Assembly: GCA_964019335.1 (NCBI GenBank)
Contig: OZ025748.1
Span: 248,001-312,000 of the forward strand
Direction of reading: 5' to 3'
Length of the DNA: 64,000 bases
From: Diplonema japonicum
Taxonomy: Eukaryota > Protista > Euglenozoa: Diplonemea
Made by a program: the position numbers and the translations under genes. Position 1 is the stretch's first letter; each line of letters starts with the position of its first letter. The notes below the pieces were generated by a model that saw only the letters and a program-made list of their open reading frames with translations, was not told where the DNA came from and searched no databases. Positions 1 through 11,986 of the stretch are shown in pieces.

Positions 1-2
1 AG

Positions 3-263
3 TTCCACATCAGTGGAAGAAACGGCATGAAGATCAGAGGAAACCCCGCAAAATTGATGCGCGAAGGGCCTTCACAGTTTAGACACATCGCCGGAAGCAA
101 GGACGACATTAGAAGGAGCTACCTGTACAAACCGCAGACCCGCGAGAAGAAGGAGTTCTTGAGGAAGAGAATGGGCAGGTGGGCGATACCCACCCCTCTG
201 AACACGCAGTTTGTGAAGGGGATGCCGGCGTACACCACGAAGAGTAAATACCCCTCGGCTTAG
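3..263 (+). CDS. 3' end of a basic hypothetical protein (5'-truncated by window edge)
   Basis: Frame is open from position 3 (FHISGRNGMKIRGNP...KYPSA*) with coding-like composition, followed by an A-tract; no family recognised. Confidence 0.6.
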   Translation, partial: FHISGRNGMKIRGNPAKLMREGPSQFRHIAGSKDDIRRSYLYKPQTREKKEFLRKRMGRWAIPTPLNTQFVKGMPAYTTKSKYPSA

Positions 264-274
264 GGCAACAACAA

Positions 275-311
<37 letters not shown>

Positions 312-375
312 ATCACATTATTTATTCTTCCGTTCCGCTCTCATAACCACGCTCCAGTAGATCTGAATCCCAGAC

Positions 376-948
376 ATGGAGGTCGGGCAATTAGTAGCCA
401 TGTTGGGCAAGATGGAGCGCACCATCGCTAGCTTGGTGCACAAGGTAGACCAGCTGACAGAAGAAGTGCGGGATCTGAAACAGGACCGCGACGTAGTGGT
501 CGTGGTAAAGAAGGGGAACGTGAAGGTGGTGAATTCTTCAGCAGACCACAAGGTGGCAAAACCGCAGACCACGAGGAAAGATCCTAAAATCGAATCGGTG
601 GCAAAAACGCCAAATTTCGTGGTGTGTCCTACGCAAAAAAGTAAAACGGACGAGTCTCGTGGTCAGCAAAAAGCACAGAAAAAGCCGGCGGCCGAGCCGC
701 CCGCGGCAACCGTAGTACAACTTTCAGACAATGTAATAAAGAACCAGAACCAGAATGAGAAACAAAAATCGTGTCCTGACAACACGCACGTCTCTCAGGA
801 TGCGCACAATGAACCGTCTGCACAGCGGGAATCCGAACGCAATGCGTCTACACAACAGCACAAGAAAACGAAGAAACGAGGAAAACGGGGCGGCGCGGGC
901 AGGCACAAGCCTCAAGACGCTGGGGGAGGGGGAGGGGAAGAGAAATAA
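376..948 (+). CDS. Hypothetical protein, N-terminal coiled coil and low-complexity basic tail
   Basis: 190-aa ORF with heptad pattern (LVHKVDQLTEEVRDLKQ), preceded by a pyrimidine tract and AG. Confidence 0.7.
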   Translation: MEVGQLVAMLGKMERTIASLVHKVDQLTEEVRDLKQDRDVVVVVKKGNVKVVNSSADHKVAKPQTTRKDPKIESVAKTPNFVVCPTQKSKTDESRGQQKAQKKPAAEPPAATVVQLSDNVIKNQNQNEKQKSCPDNTHVSQDAHNEPSAQRESERNASTQQHKKTKKRGKRGGAGRHKPQDAGGGGGEEK

Positions 949-1050
949 AACTTTTTTTTCCCCCCCCTCTCTTCTTTTTTTTTTCTCCCCTTCCTCCCAT
1001 CAAAACATAGGTTTTAATACACACACAAAAAAAAAAAAAAAAAAAAAAAA

Positions 1051-1611
1051 ATGACTGACGCAGCAGATACCACTGTTACTGTCACAAAACCCGTGCCGCC
1101 CCCTGTAGTGGCCGTCCCAAAGAAGTTCGATAGTGGAAACACACACAGTTTTGTGAGGGTGAAGAAGCCAAGGAAGTTTGGTGGCTCCTCGATGAGATTC
1201 GTAGTGGTTGCCGGGAGATACCTGTTCCGGAGCCTGCCCAGCGGCATCTTGCGTGGGGTTGTACCTTTGGAGAATATTGCGGAGGTTCACGTAGAGCGAG
1301 AAAAGGCGCTGCTGGTCATGGATTCTGGACACAAGAACTGGAAACTTACAATTGATGTGTCCTTCAAGGGAAATACCCACTCGTCCGTCGAGGAAATCGT
1401 GAGTATCATCAACCAGGCAAGGGCCACATTTGTTCCAGCACCGGCCCCTCTTGTGATCAAAACTGGTAGCTTGCCTTCTTCTGGGTCATCGCGAACGTCT
1501 TCAAAAGCGCAAGTTAAAAAAATGCTTTTCTTGAGAGGGATGCAGCCTATGAAACCCGTGGCTGAAGGGGTCAAACTTACTCCAAGCATGCTAGATGGCG
1601 TGAACTTCTAG
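1051..1611 (+). CDS. Hypothetical protein with probable PH-like domain
   Basis: 186 aa; beta-rich segment FVRVKKPRKFGGSSMRFVVVAGRYLF...GILRGVVPLENIAEV followed by a helix (VEEIVSIINQAR), resembling a PH fold. Confidence 0.65.
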   Translation: MTDAADTTVTVTKPVPPPVVAVPKKFDSGNTHSFVRVKKPRKFGGSSMRFVVVAGRYLFRSLPSGILRGVVPLENIAEVHVEREKALLVMDSGHKNWKLTIDVSFKGNTHSSVEEIVSIINQARATFVPAPAPLVIKTGSLPSSGSSRTSSKAQVKKMLFLRGMQPMKPVAEGVKLTPSMLDGVNF

Positions 1612-3209
1612 GTTCGCAGAGAGTGAGGAGGAAAAAAAGAAGGAAAAAAAAATTTTTTTTTATTGTATTGCCATTTGACCTATTCTTTTTGAGTAAGGTT
1701 TGTGGGGGTACTGTGTTGGAAAAAAAAAAAAAAAAGAAAGAAAAGAAAGAAAAGATGGGGAAGTGTTCTTCTTAACCACTTCTCCTTAATTTAACTCCCC
1801 CTCTCCCCACTTGTAAAAAGAAAAAAATTAAAAAAAAAATAACTAGTGAGGGGGGGAAGAAAAAAAACCCCTCCCCCTCATGTTCTCTTCTCTTCTTTCT
1901 CTCTCTGTTTTTCCTATTTTAAAAAAAAAAAATGTGAGTTAATTAACTGCCAACACAAAAAGAATAATTAAAGTGTATTACTCTTGTTACATTTCCCATT
2001 CTCTTTTTTTTTCTTCTTGGGACAGCAGGACCAAGTGCCTTCAGTTCTTGGTTTGTAGGTATTCGCACCAAGTCCAAAAGTAAGGCAAGGGAGACAGACT
2101 GTGACATGTTGATCACATTTTTATCCTTTTGTCCTTTGATATTTCTGTCACAAAGTGGAGCCATATTCTCCTTAACACAGTTTAATTTCCCCCTTTTTTT
2201 TTATTTGTCCCTCTATTTATTTCATTCAAATCATTTGAAATTGGAAAGAAAAAAAAAGGGGGGGAGAAAAGAAGGAAGTCAAACTTTCTCTTTCCCCCCC
2301 CTCCCCCCTCTTCATTTTTTTTCCTTCATTTTCTTTGATCTGCATTTTCTTTAATAAAGAACAGAGCAGAAAAATGATTTTCGAATTCCTCTCCTCTCGC
2401 ACTATCTCTTTTATTTTCTCTTTCTTGCCATCATTTATTTTTTTGGCAAATTTCCTTAAGCAATGAAATCTTTGCATAAAAAAAGAAAAAGTAGCATTCT
2501 ACAGCCTATGCTGGTCAGATAGAAAGTGTTACTTTTTTTTTTTGTTCTTCTTTTTTTTCACAAATTACCCCAGAAACCCCCGATAGGGGGGTGGGGGCCT
2601 CTCTCCACATATTCCCGACACATGAATTTAAAAAAAAAAAAAACCTTTTTTGCTTTTTTTTTTTTTGTTTCTTTTCTTCTTTTCTTCCCTCCTTCTTCCT
2701 TTCTGCAAAAACCCCTTTACCTATGTTTCTATTGCTTCATCAGCGGGCTTAACAAGGATGCCTTAAGATAGGAGTGGAAATAGGAACGAGATGGAAAAGG
2801 CGGGTGGAATGGGGGAAAAAAAAAAAGGAGGAAGAAAAAAGAAAAGTGTATTAATTTACTTCAAAAAAAGAAAAAAGCAGAATAGAGAAGGGGGAAAAAA
2901 AAAAAAAAAAAAGATCAAGTCGCCCCTCCCCCCCTCTCATTCTTCCTCTATTTCAAAACATAAGAAAAATACAAAACCATGTTTGATTTTGTCGGGAGGC
3001 GAATTCCCTCCTGCCATTTCCGGTTCAGCCGGTTACAGAGAAAAACGGTGAAATGCCCCTTCTGTACAGCACACGAGGGAGTTTTAAAAAAAAAAAAAGA
3101 ATCTTTGGGTCACCATGGTTTTATTGTGTTTTCTTCAGTTTTTTTTTTTTTTAATTTTTTTTTATTTGCATATTTTTCTTGAAAGTACGCAAGCACGCAT
3201 ACCTGAAGT

Positions 3210-3244
<35 letters not shown>

Positions 3245-4019
3245 CCCTTTTTTTTTCCTGCGTGAAAAAGAGACAGTCTGGGTAACGTGTTCTCGGGGTT
3301 ATAAACTTTTCTCCAGGGTTTCTACCCCGTTGCATGTTTCAACAAAACGGGCTCCTCTTTTCTTCTTTTTTTTTTATTCGATTAAAAAAAAAGAAGGGGC
3401 GAAAAATGAAAAAGAAAAATGAAAAAAAAAAAGTAATTTTTTTTTTCTTTCCTCTTTTCGTTTTCCCCCCCCTTCATCCGAGCATCTTTAAATTTCTTCT
3501 TTCTTTTTTCATATATTTTGTCTCAAAGAGAAAGTTTAAACACTGGCCATTTTGTTGGTAGGCATTTTTCACTACTTTCTTGTACTCCCTCCCTCCCCCC
3601 ATCCTCGAATCAGTCTGACTTCCTCTTTTTTTTTTTTTTTTTTTGTACATTCCTTCCTTCTAGTTTTATCTTTGGGCCAAAAGCCGTATTCATCCTTTCT
3701 TTAAAAAAAGGGAACTAGAAGATTAAAAAAAAAAAACTCTCAAAATAAAATGGGCGGACGAGGGTAGGAATCCTTCCCTCTCCTTCACATAGTTCAATTT
3801 TCTTCCTGCATTTTTTGCATTTTTTGACTAGCTTGTTTTTCTTTTTTTTTTCTTTCTTATTTCCCCCTTTTCGTGTGAACATGTTAATGTCAAGGCAGCT
3901 CAAAAAAAAAGGGGGGGGTAAAAAAAAAACCCCGTCAATCTAAATCTAACTTCATGTAATTCCTATATTTATTATATTATCCCAACAAAAAAAAAAACGC
4001 CCCCCCAGACAAAAAAAAA

Positions 4020-5372
4020 ATGCCACGAAGCGTAGGCGAAGCAAGCGAGGCAAGCACCATTATGGAGTCGACTGCAGAAGGAGGCCCGGCAGAGGAGACC
4101 CTCGCGGCTGTGTTCGCCAGGTTTGCAGGCAGCAACGACCATGGCTCAGCACCCGGGAAGAGCTTCGAGGAAAACCCCCCGGTAGAACTGGTACCCACGA
4201 GAGAAGAAATGGAAGAAGGTGGCGTGAGACTCCTCTACCACCAGTGCGTGAACGCTCTGGCCTTTATGGGCCTGTTCTCTTCATCTGAGATGATGACGGC
4301 TGCCGACCAACGTGTCGCCATGCGTCTCTGGCCAAGATTCTCACCAAAACAAGACGGAAGATGCTACTTCAACGACTTTATCAAAGTTGTAAGAAAACTT
4401 CACGCCAAACGCTTACAAACTGTCACGACAGTCACGACAACCAAACCGGAAACGCATCACCGCCGGATATCTCCCGTGCGGCCCTTGAAGACAAAACTCT
4501 TTGAAAAGACCCTATCACCACGCGCCCCTTCTGAAGTAGCAACCAACGACGAAAGAGACCTAAAACTCGCCCAAGCAGAGGCCACCATGCAAGAGCTCCG
4601 CTCAGAAGTCTCGTTTCTCCAGAAGGAACTTCGAACCGCAAAGTCCTCCAACCACAACGAAATCAAAAAACTAAAGGAAAGCTACAGATTGGAAAAGGTT
4701 AAAACACAAGCTTTGAGGGAAAAACTCGAAGAATGCTCCGGAAGCAAGACCAGAGTTCTAATGCTGGAAGACGAGGTTGAGGAGCTCAAAAAATGCTTGG
4801 ACGAAGAAGTGGAACGTAGGGTAGCAGAGGTTAAGGCGATGAAGACCACGGTGAACATGCTGCAAAAGAAAACAGAGCAAACACCTCCCGTGTCACCTGC
4901 TCGTGAAAGTTCTGGAAGGGAGAAAGAAGGTGAGGTGGGCCGCACTACCCCGACACCACCCTGTGCCCCTGTGTGGGACAGGCCCGGCCGACCTTATCTC
5001 AGCATGCTGTCACCAACACGAGGCGGTGCAAGGAGCCATACCAATGGTACTTCGGTGAACGGCAGTCAACGGGCCGAGTATTTAGACACTCACGAAGTTG
5101 AAAGCTTCCCTTCATCGCACGAGCCACGTGAGCCGTCTGTGTCCCCCAACGACAGCGAACCGGGGCATGACCTTTTGATTCCTATTCCTGGTGGGGGGTC
5201 TCAGCTTATAAGGGTCGACACTTCAGCCTTGCAGGTCATGTCGCAGGGGTCGCGGGGGCCTGTCCGTGTGCCTTTGAGCGCTCCAGCCCTTCCTCATAGA
5301 AAGATTGTGTCGCCTGGTCGTGCTGGGCATGCTGGGCGGGAGCAGCATAGAAGGATTCCTCATTACCCTTGA
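4020..5372 (+). CDS. Coiled-coil protein with degenerate EF-hand-like N-terminal region
   Basis: 450-aa ORF; FSPKQDGRCYFNDFIKVV is EF-hand-like; long central coiled coil; Pro/Ser-rich tail. Confidence 0.75.
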   Translation: MPRSVGEASEASTIMESTAEGGPAEETLAAVFARFAGSNDHGSAPGKSFEENPPVELVPTREEMEEGGVRLLYHQCVNALAFMGLFSSSEMMTAADQRVAMRLWPRFSPKQDGRCYFNDFIKVVRKLHAKRLQTVTTVTTTKPETHHRRISPVRPLKTKLFEKTLSPRAPSEVATNDERDLKLAQAEATMQELRSEVSFLQKELRTAKSSNHNEIKKLKESYRLEKVKTQALREKLEECSGSKTRVLMLEDEVEELKKCLDEEVERRVAEVKAMKTTVNMLQKKTEQTPPVSPARESSGREKEGEVGRTTPTPPCAPVWDRPGRPYLSMLSPTRGGARSHTNGTSVNGSQRAEYLDTHEVESFPSSHEPREPSVSPNDSEPGHDLLIPIPGGGSQLIRVDTSALQVMSQGSRGPVRVPLSAPALPHRKIVSPGRAGHAGREQHRRIPHYP

Positions 5373-5380
5373 AGGGGGAC

Positions 5381-5423
<43 letters not shown>

Positions 5424-5966
5424 ACTCCTATATAACTCTTGTTGTTATTGTTTGTACTTTCTCCCCCCCCCCCCCCCCCCGCTTTTTTATGCTTTGTTTT
5501 TTTTTTTTAACACCCTCCGCCTCACTTCTTTTTTTTTCCCTCAACCTGACAACAAGTGAGAATGTCGCACCGTCTGGGAGGGGGAGAGAATGGGGGGGGA
5601 AATTAAAAAAGAAAATGGAGAAGAAAGTAAATGGAAAAAAAAAAAAAGGAGAAAAAAAAAAAAAAAAAGGCTCCTCCCTTGTTCTTTTGTCGGGGTGAGA
5701 TAATGGTGCTGGTGGTGTATGAAGGTTTTTTTTTTTTTTTTTTGTTTTAACAATATTATTGTCGAGACTAAAAACTAGTTGATGGCAGCGTAATGAGCTA
5801 TTTTATTAGGTAAAATTCCGCTCGTGCGCACAAACAAATGGAGCGCCAAACTAGTTTTTTTCTTTTCTTTCTACCTGACAAATCGTTGCTGTCTCTTTGT
5901 GTCAAACAGGGCGCAAAAAAGGCTATAAAAAATGGCTAAAAGTCTTAACCCGCGGTAAATTCAGGA

Positions 5967-5997
<31 letters not shown>

Positions 5998-6366
5998 GGC
6001 AAATAATTTTGCCTCGTACTCCACTCCCAGCGTCATAAAAAAACCCGACACGCGAGAAAAAAAAAAGAGGAAAAAAAAAAAAGGAAATTAAAGGATATAA
6101 AAGCACCCCCCTCCCCCCACCCTAGATTAGATTGTTAATTTTTTAAACCCTCCCAACGGTAGCTTTAGTCCTTCGCGTAGACACCCCTCCCCCAAAAAAG
6201 AAAAAAATCCGATATTTTAGAAGTATCTACGAGGATTGACCCCCCCCCCCCCATTTCTCCTTTCTTTTTTTTAAAAAGATTTTCTTCCATCCTTTAATTA
6301 GCTCTAAATTTGTCGGATTTAGTTCCTTTTTTTTTAACATAAATATATATTTCTGTTCTTTTCAAA

Positions 6367-6417
<51 letters not shown>

Positions 6418-6437
6418 AAGGGAAGAAAAAACAAAAC

Positions 6438-7376
6438 ATGATGAACCGCACGGTAATTGCCCTGGCGATGCTGGGGGTTGTGAGCGGGTTCAGGCTCACG
6501 GAGCTTGAGGGAGAGCTGAAGAAAAACAGCGAGGCGGGGCGTCTCCCCACAGTGACAGCACACGGGATGGGAGACAGCTGCTTCAACAGGGGTTTCAAAC
6601 AGCTGACGGAGGCGGTGGCGAACACAACGGGAAGCTACGCCGTGTGCATCCCCGGGGCTCCTAACGAGCCTGAAGACACGCTGTCAGGGTTCTTTGTGAA
6701 CATGAACGAGAACGTCAAGATCTTCGCGAAGAAGGTGAAGGAGGACCCGAAGCTCGCAGGTGGCTTCAATGCGATCGGGTTGTCGCAGGGGAACAGCGTG
6801 ATCAGGGGGTACATCCAGAAGTACAACGACCCCCCTGTGAAGACATGGCTGTCCGTCCACGGTACTGTAATGGGTGTCGCAGGCTTCCCGAACTGCAACC
6901 CTGCTGGGCTTCTTGCCCCCGTGTGCGACCAGCTGGACGAGAAGCTTGGTGACGAGGCCTACTACATTGAGACACAGGAGGCACTCTTCCAGGCGAACTA
7001 CTTCCGCGACCCTATGAGGGTGAACACCTCGCAGTACAAAAGGAACTCGCAGCTCGGGGAGTGGAACGGTGAGGGTGAGAGGGTGAACCCTCTGTACAAG
7101 GAGAACTTCGTCAAGGTGGAGAGGTTCGCCATGATCAAGGCGATGAAGGACACGATGGTGTACCCCAACTGGGGTGAGTGGTGGGGGCAGTTCACCCCCG
7201 GCTCCTACCACACCATCCAGAAGATCAACGAGACCGACATGTACCAGAGGGACACCTTCGGACTCAAGACCGTCCACGAGGCCGGGAAGATCCTCTTTAA
7301 CCACACCGACGGTAACCACCTTGTCTTCTCCATGGAGCAGCTCGAGTGGTGGGTCAACAACTACTTCCTTGGGTGA
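6438..7376 (+). CDS. PPT1: Palmitoyl-protein thioesterase 1 (lysosomal)
   Basis: Signal peptide; HGMGDSC motif; nucleophile GFNAIGLSQG; QANYFRDP; catalytic Asp (KDTMV) and His (GNHL); strong GC3 bias. Confidence 0.93.
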   Translation: MMNRTVIALAMLGVVSGFRLTELEGELKKNSEAGRLPTVTAHGMGDSCFNRGFKQLTEAVANTTGSYAVCIPGAPNEPEDTLSGFFVNMNENVKIFAKKVKEDPKLAGGFNAIGLSQGNSVIRGYIQKYNDPPVKTWLSVHGTVMGVAGFPNCNPAGLLAPVCDQLDEKLGDEAYYIETQEALFQANYFRDPMRVNTSQYKRNSQLGEWNGEGERVNPLYKENFVKVERFAMIKAMKDTMVYPNWGEWWGQFTPGSYHTIQKINETDMYQRDTFGLKTVHEAGKILFNHTDGNHLVFSMEQLEWWVNNYFLG

Positions 7377-7413
7377 ACGCTGTGATGGAAGTTTAAAAGT
7401 GTTATGGTGAGTG

Positions 7414-7444
<31 letters not shown>

Positions 7445-7934
7445 TTTCAACATCGTTATCTCTTTTCCTTTTTTTCAGGGAGACTGCAGAAGAAGGTGAA
7501 AGGAAGGAGGGCCTTCCCTGCTGAACCATGCAAGAGAGTACATACGCTGCGATCAATCGGAGGGACGAAGGCGGTGATCGGATGGAGTAGAAGAGCAATG
7601 TTTGCATCAACGAAGACCAAGTACGACCTGGAGGAGCTGGGGAAGCAATGGGCAAAGGAAAGAAGGAAAAAGTAGCCAAGCTGGGGAGGAGACCGGCACG
7701 ACCACCGAAGAAGGAGAAACCGCTGCTGAAGGGGGATAGGTGCAGGTAGAGCATGAGAACAAGGGGGCGTCTCACAACGACTTCCTTTAACTCTTTTTCC
7801 TTTTTTTTTTTGTTTGAAAAGATGAAAGAGAGATTAGGTGGAGGGAAAAAAAAAAAAAGGAAACAAACTTTTTTTTATTTAATACGTGTTTTTTGCATCT
7901 CGGAAACAAAAAAAAAAATTGAAAAGAATGAAAG

Positions 7935-7965
<31 letters not shown>

Positions 7966-8613
7966 AAGAAGAAGAGGAAGAGGATGGGGGTGGTTGGACA
8001 TACGATTGAGGGAAATAGATGGGCAAGGTTCAGCTTTGCTACGTAATTTTCTCCGTTCACTTCCTGCTGCTCCCCGCCCTACTCAGCCCTTTTGATCCTT
8101 TTTTTTTTAATTTTTTTATTTTATTTATTTATTTTTTTTTTTGCTGTGGTACTCCCCCCCCCCCCCCCCCCCCCCCATTAGCCCCTTTTCTCTCTCTCTT
8201 TTCATTATTGGTTTTATTTTTTTTTTTCTTAATTTTTACGCTAATTTAAAAAAAAAAATCACCTCAGGGCAAAGACAATTAAAAAAAAAACACACAAAAA
8301 AAACACAACACAAACTCGCACCCCCCCCTTCCCCGTCTTTTATCCCCTACTTTTTTTTTCTTAAGAAATAATGAGGTAAAAAGAAATAAAAAAGAAACCT
8401 TTTTTCTTTTTCTCCCCTACCCCCCCCCCCCCACCACCACCGGTAAATAAAGTAACCCTCCTTTTTTATATACAAATTTTTTTTTCTTTCTTTCTTTATT
8501 TCTTTTATAAGATAAGAGAAAAAAAAATCGAAAGAAAAAAAAATCTTTTTTATAAAAAAAAAACCCCCCCATTTTTTTTTTCTCTTCTCTTTCCTCCCCA
8601 CTCCCCCTTTAGT

Positions 8614-10344
8614 ATGGAACACACAGTACCAGCTTTGGTTCTTGCTGCAACTGTGTGGCTGACAACGGTACTGGGAGATGTGGTGCCGTACGTGGCGTTT
8701 GGGTACACGGACGACCCTTTTGTCAAATTCGGTCGGGGTATGCTTGGAGGGGATGGGGCAAACTGGCTGTACTGCACCATACCTTCCATGGCCATGACCA
8801 TTGTTCAAGAGGGAGTGGGTGTAACAGCTATCCTAACAGCAATGGCGTCATGGTTAATAGGCTTAGGGACCGTTCTAAGCAGAGAAGAGAGCGTCGATAC
8901 CATGGTAGTCCCTGAGGTATCGTCACGACCGTTAATGCCACGCAGGCTGCTACTATGCTCTGCTGTTTTAAAGTACAGTCTACAGCTGATAATTTTCGTG
9001 AACAGGGTTGCAACCTGCCCGACGGTGTTCATTACGGGAACTTTTGACATGCACGCGGGTGCTGCGTCGGCATTGTTCCTTGTAGTGGCGTTGTTTTTCG
9101 CTACCGCGGAGCCACGGCCCGACACTACTGTCGACGATTCGCGAGATAAATCGCTGTTCTGCCTCACCGTATCCATCGTTCTTGCAGCGCTTGGAAAAGC
9201 TGTTTACGTTATTGGTGCAACAGACATCGCTGAACCACTTCGAAACACCATTTTACTAGCATCCTTCTTAATCGTCATCACGTGTCTGATCGCGTTAGTG
9301 GCTGTTATAACAGGTTACATCCACAACCCTTGTATTGTACCGCCTGCTGTAACGACTGGGTTGTCCATCACCATTGCTATTATGGCTGTTGTTCGTTTCG
9401 CTGCTGAAACGCTGCTGACAAACCCTTTTCAGGTCGCGGATTTGACTGAGCTGGTTGCAATGGGGCTCTTCGGGTGGGCAATGGCACTGACCGTTGTTTC
9501 GGAAAAGGACCAGATATTCTACCGGTTCAGAGTGCAGCGCGTGAACCACCTTTGGGTCCGTTTCTGTGTTGTTTTGTTCGCTGTCTTACTCGGTAACACC
9601 GCGCAGTTGTGTATGTTCTACCGAAACGGACTGCACACGTTGGGTGGAATGGTCGCCTTTACCGGTTCATCGGTACAATTACTGTGCATTGTGGTCTCGT
9701 CGGGAAGATGGTTTTGGATGAACAATCTTGAACTGGATCTGAGAATATCAGTGGCGTTGTCGATCGGTGCAATGTTGGGTGCCTTTGCTTCATTTATGAC
9801 AAATTTAACCGTTTTGGGATTGATTACCTTTATAAGATGTGTTACGGCCGCTGTGATATTATGCCGGGTTTTACCGCCGTTGAGGTGGGGCAACAGGGAG
9901 GAGACTGCGGTATACTATGCGTTAAGTATCGAGGCGATTCAGTCGAAAATGGTGTCGTTTTGTTGCGTGCTTCCGTTGTTGCACTCCACCACCCGGCCGT
10001 CTGTCATCTCAGTGTGGTTCTCGTTGATGTTGGCCTTAGTTGCCGTGTTTTATATGGTGCAGCAGCATATTCCTGAGAAGACGAGGTTTGCGTCGCAAGG
10101 GAGTGTGTCGCTGGTGGTTGAGTCCTTGGTTCCCATCCTTGCGCTGTTTTTCACGGTGGTGCTGACAGCGGAGTACGCTTGGCATTATGCGGACACGTTT
10201 GCGTCTATGGACAACAATGCCTACAGAAGCGGGTCGGAGGGGGTGAGCATTGTGTCTGGATCGGTCCGCGATGTACTGGGTGTGTTCGCCGTGGTGCTGC
10301 TTTGGCCCTTTTGTTTGATTGAGGATTTGCCAGAAGTATGTTGG

Positions 10345-10376
<32 letters not shown>

Positions 10377-10432
10377 GTGACACATCTCCTTCTGAACACC
10401 GCTGGAACTCCGAATCTGATATGGAAGTCTAG
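8614..10432 (+). CDS. Polytopic membrane protein, 2 exons (8614-10335, 10376-10432)
   Basis: Many hydrophobic helices. The poly-Lys end of the raw ORF disappears on removing a phase-0 GT..AG intron 10336-10375, giving ...LPE|CDTSPSEHRWNSESDMEV*. Confidence 0.75.
10336..10375 (+). other. 40-nt poly(A)-bodied intron
   Basis: GTATGTTGG-(A)30-G; phase 0; removal gives a normal C-terminus. Confidence 0.7.
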
Positions 10433-10450
10433 ATGGGGGGAGGGGGGATG

Positions 10451-10483
<33 letters not shown>

Positions 10484-10588
10484 TTTTTGGTCTGTTTTTT
10501 TTTTTTTTTTTTTCCCTTCTCTTTATTATTATTATTGTCACCATCCCCCTCCCCACAGTCTCACACGCCTTTTTTTTTATCTCTCTCT

Positions 10589-10631
<43 letters not shown>

Positions 10632-11926
10632 CTTTGAAGTTTTCAAAAAAAGAAAAGAAAAAAAAAAAGAAGGTTCCCTTCAATAAGAAAAAAAAAAGAA
10701 GGAAACGTACTACCATAATAAACCCCCCCCCCTTTTTTTACCCCGTTCTTTTTTTTTTTGTACGATACTGAACAAGGCGTCGTTCAGTGTAAGAACAAAA
10801 AAGAGTAGTGGGTAAGCATGCAGTACTTATCTCAGGATTTGTACTGTGTGCACAAACAAATGCTAAGTACTAACTCTTTTTTTTTTTTTTTTTTTTTAAA
10901 AGTCCCATAGCCAGATCAGGTTGTACTCAGAAAAAGGGGAGGAGAAAAATAGAGTTTAAAAAAAAAAAAAAAAAAAAAGAGAGAGAAAAAGAGAAGAAAA
11001 AACAAAAAAAAAGAGGGGATGCAGAGAAAGAGGGACAGAGGGTGAGTGTGAGATGGTTTTTTTTTCTTTTTTTTCTGTGTCCCCACCCCCTTTTTTTTTC
11101 GCACTTTTTTTTTCTTCCAGATATGTTACCTCCTCCCCCCCTCCTTTTTTTTTTTTTTACTCCCTCACTTCCCTTTTTTTTCCAGAAAAAAAAAACCCCC
11201 CCCGAAAACCTGGGGAGGGGAAAAAAAAAAAGAAAACAGAAAAAAAAAAAAAAAAAGAACAAACAAAAAAAAAACAAGCACTTTTCTTTTTTTTGTGCGA
11301 TTTAGGTAATACGCTGTGATTCATCCCCTCTCCCCCCGACCCCCCCCCTTTTTTTTACTCTAGTGAATATTGCTCTCTCCAAAAGAAAAAGAAAAAAAGC
11401 AAGTCGAACCCCAACACCTTTTCACGTTCCCCCTCAGCACGCCAAGCCTGCACACGCCCCATCTAGTGTCAGAGCTCTTGGTGGACTCTCTTAGAACCTA
11501 AGCAAAGAGAAGAGGAAGGAGTGAAAGGTTGAAGGGTGAGTAAGAAAATATCGATTTTATTTGTTTTTTTTTTTTTTTTCTCTTCTTTGAAGTGAACTTC
11601 TCGAATGATAATTTTTTTCTCTTGTATGGTAGGGAATTTGGGGGGGGGGGGATTATTTGTGAGAAATGAAGGGGGAAAGATTCGGGGGGGAAAAAAAAAA
11701 AAGAAAACTATCAAATAAACTTGCGGACGGTGAAGCCACTAGTCTGATATTTTTATTTTGGTATGTTCTTTTTTTTTCTTTTTTTTTTTCTTTCTTTCCC
11801 CATTATTATTATTGTTCTTTCTCTTTTTTCCCCTCTTTTTTTTTTGATTTTTTTTTGTACTAACGATATAGTAGATTGTCAGTGCTTAAGACTATTCGCC
11901 CGCAGTGCGGTTTGTTGATTTTATAC

Positions 11927-11986
<60 letters not shown>

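Noticed and set aside
6635-7319. Long antisense ORFs over PPT1 (similar ones over the cathepsins and the Cys-rich gene)
   Set aside because: Mirror ORFs caused by strong GC3 bias in the sense gene.
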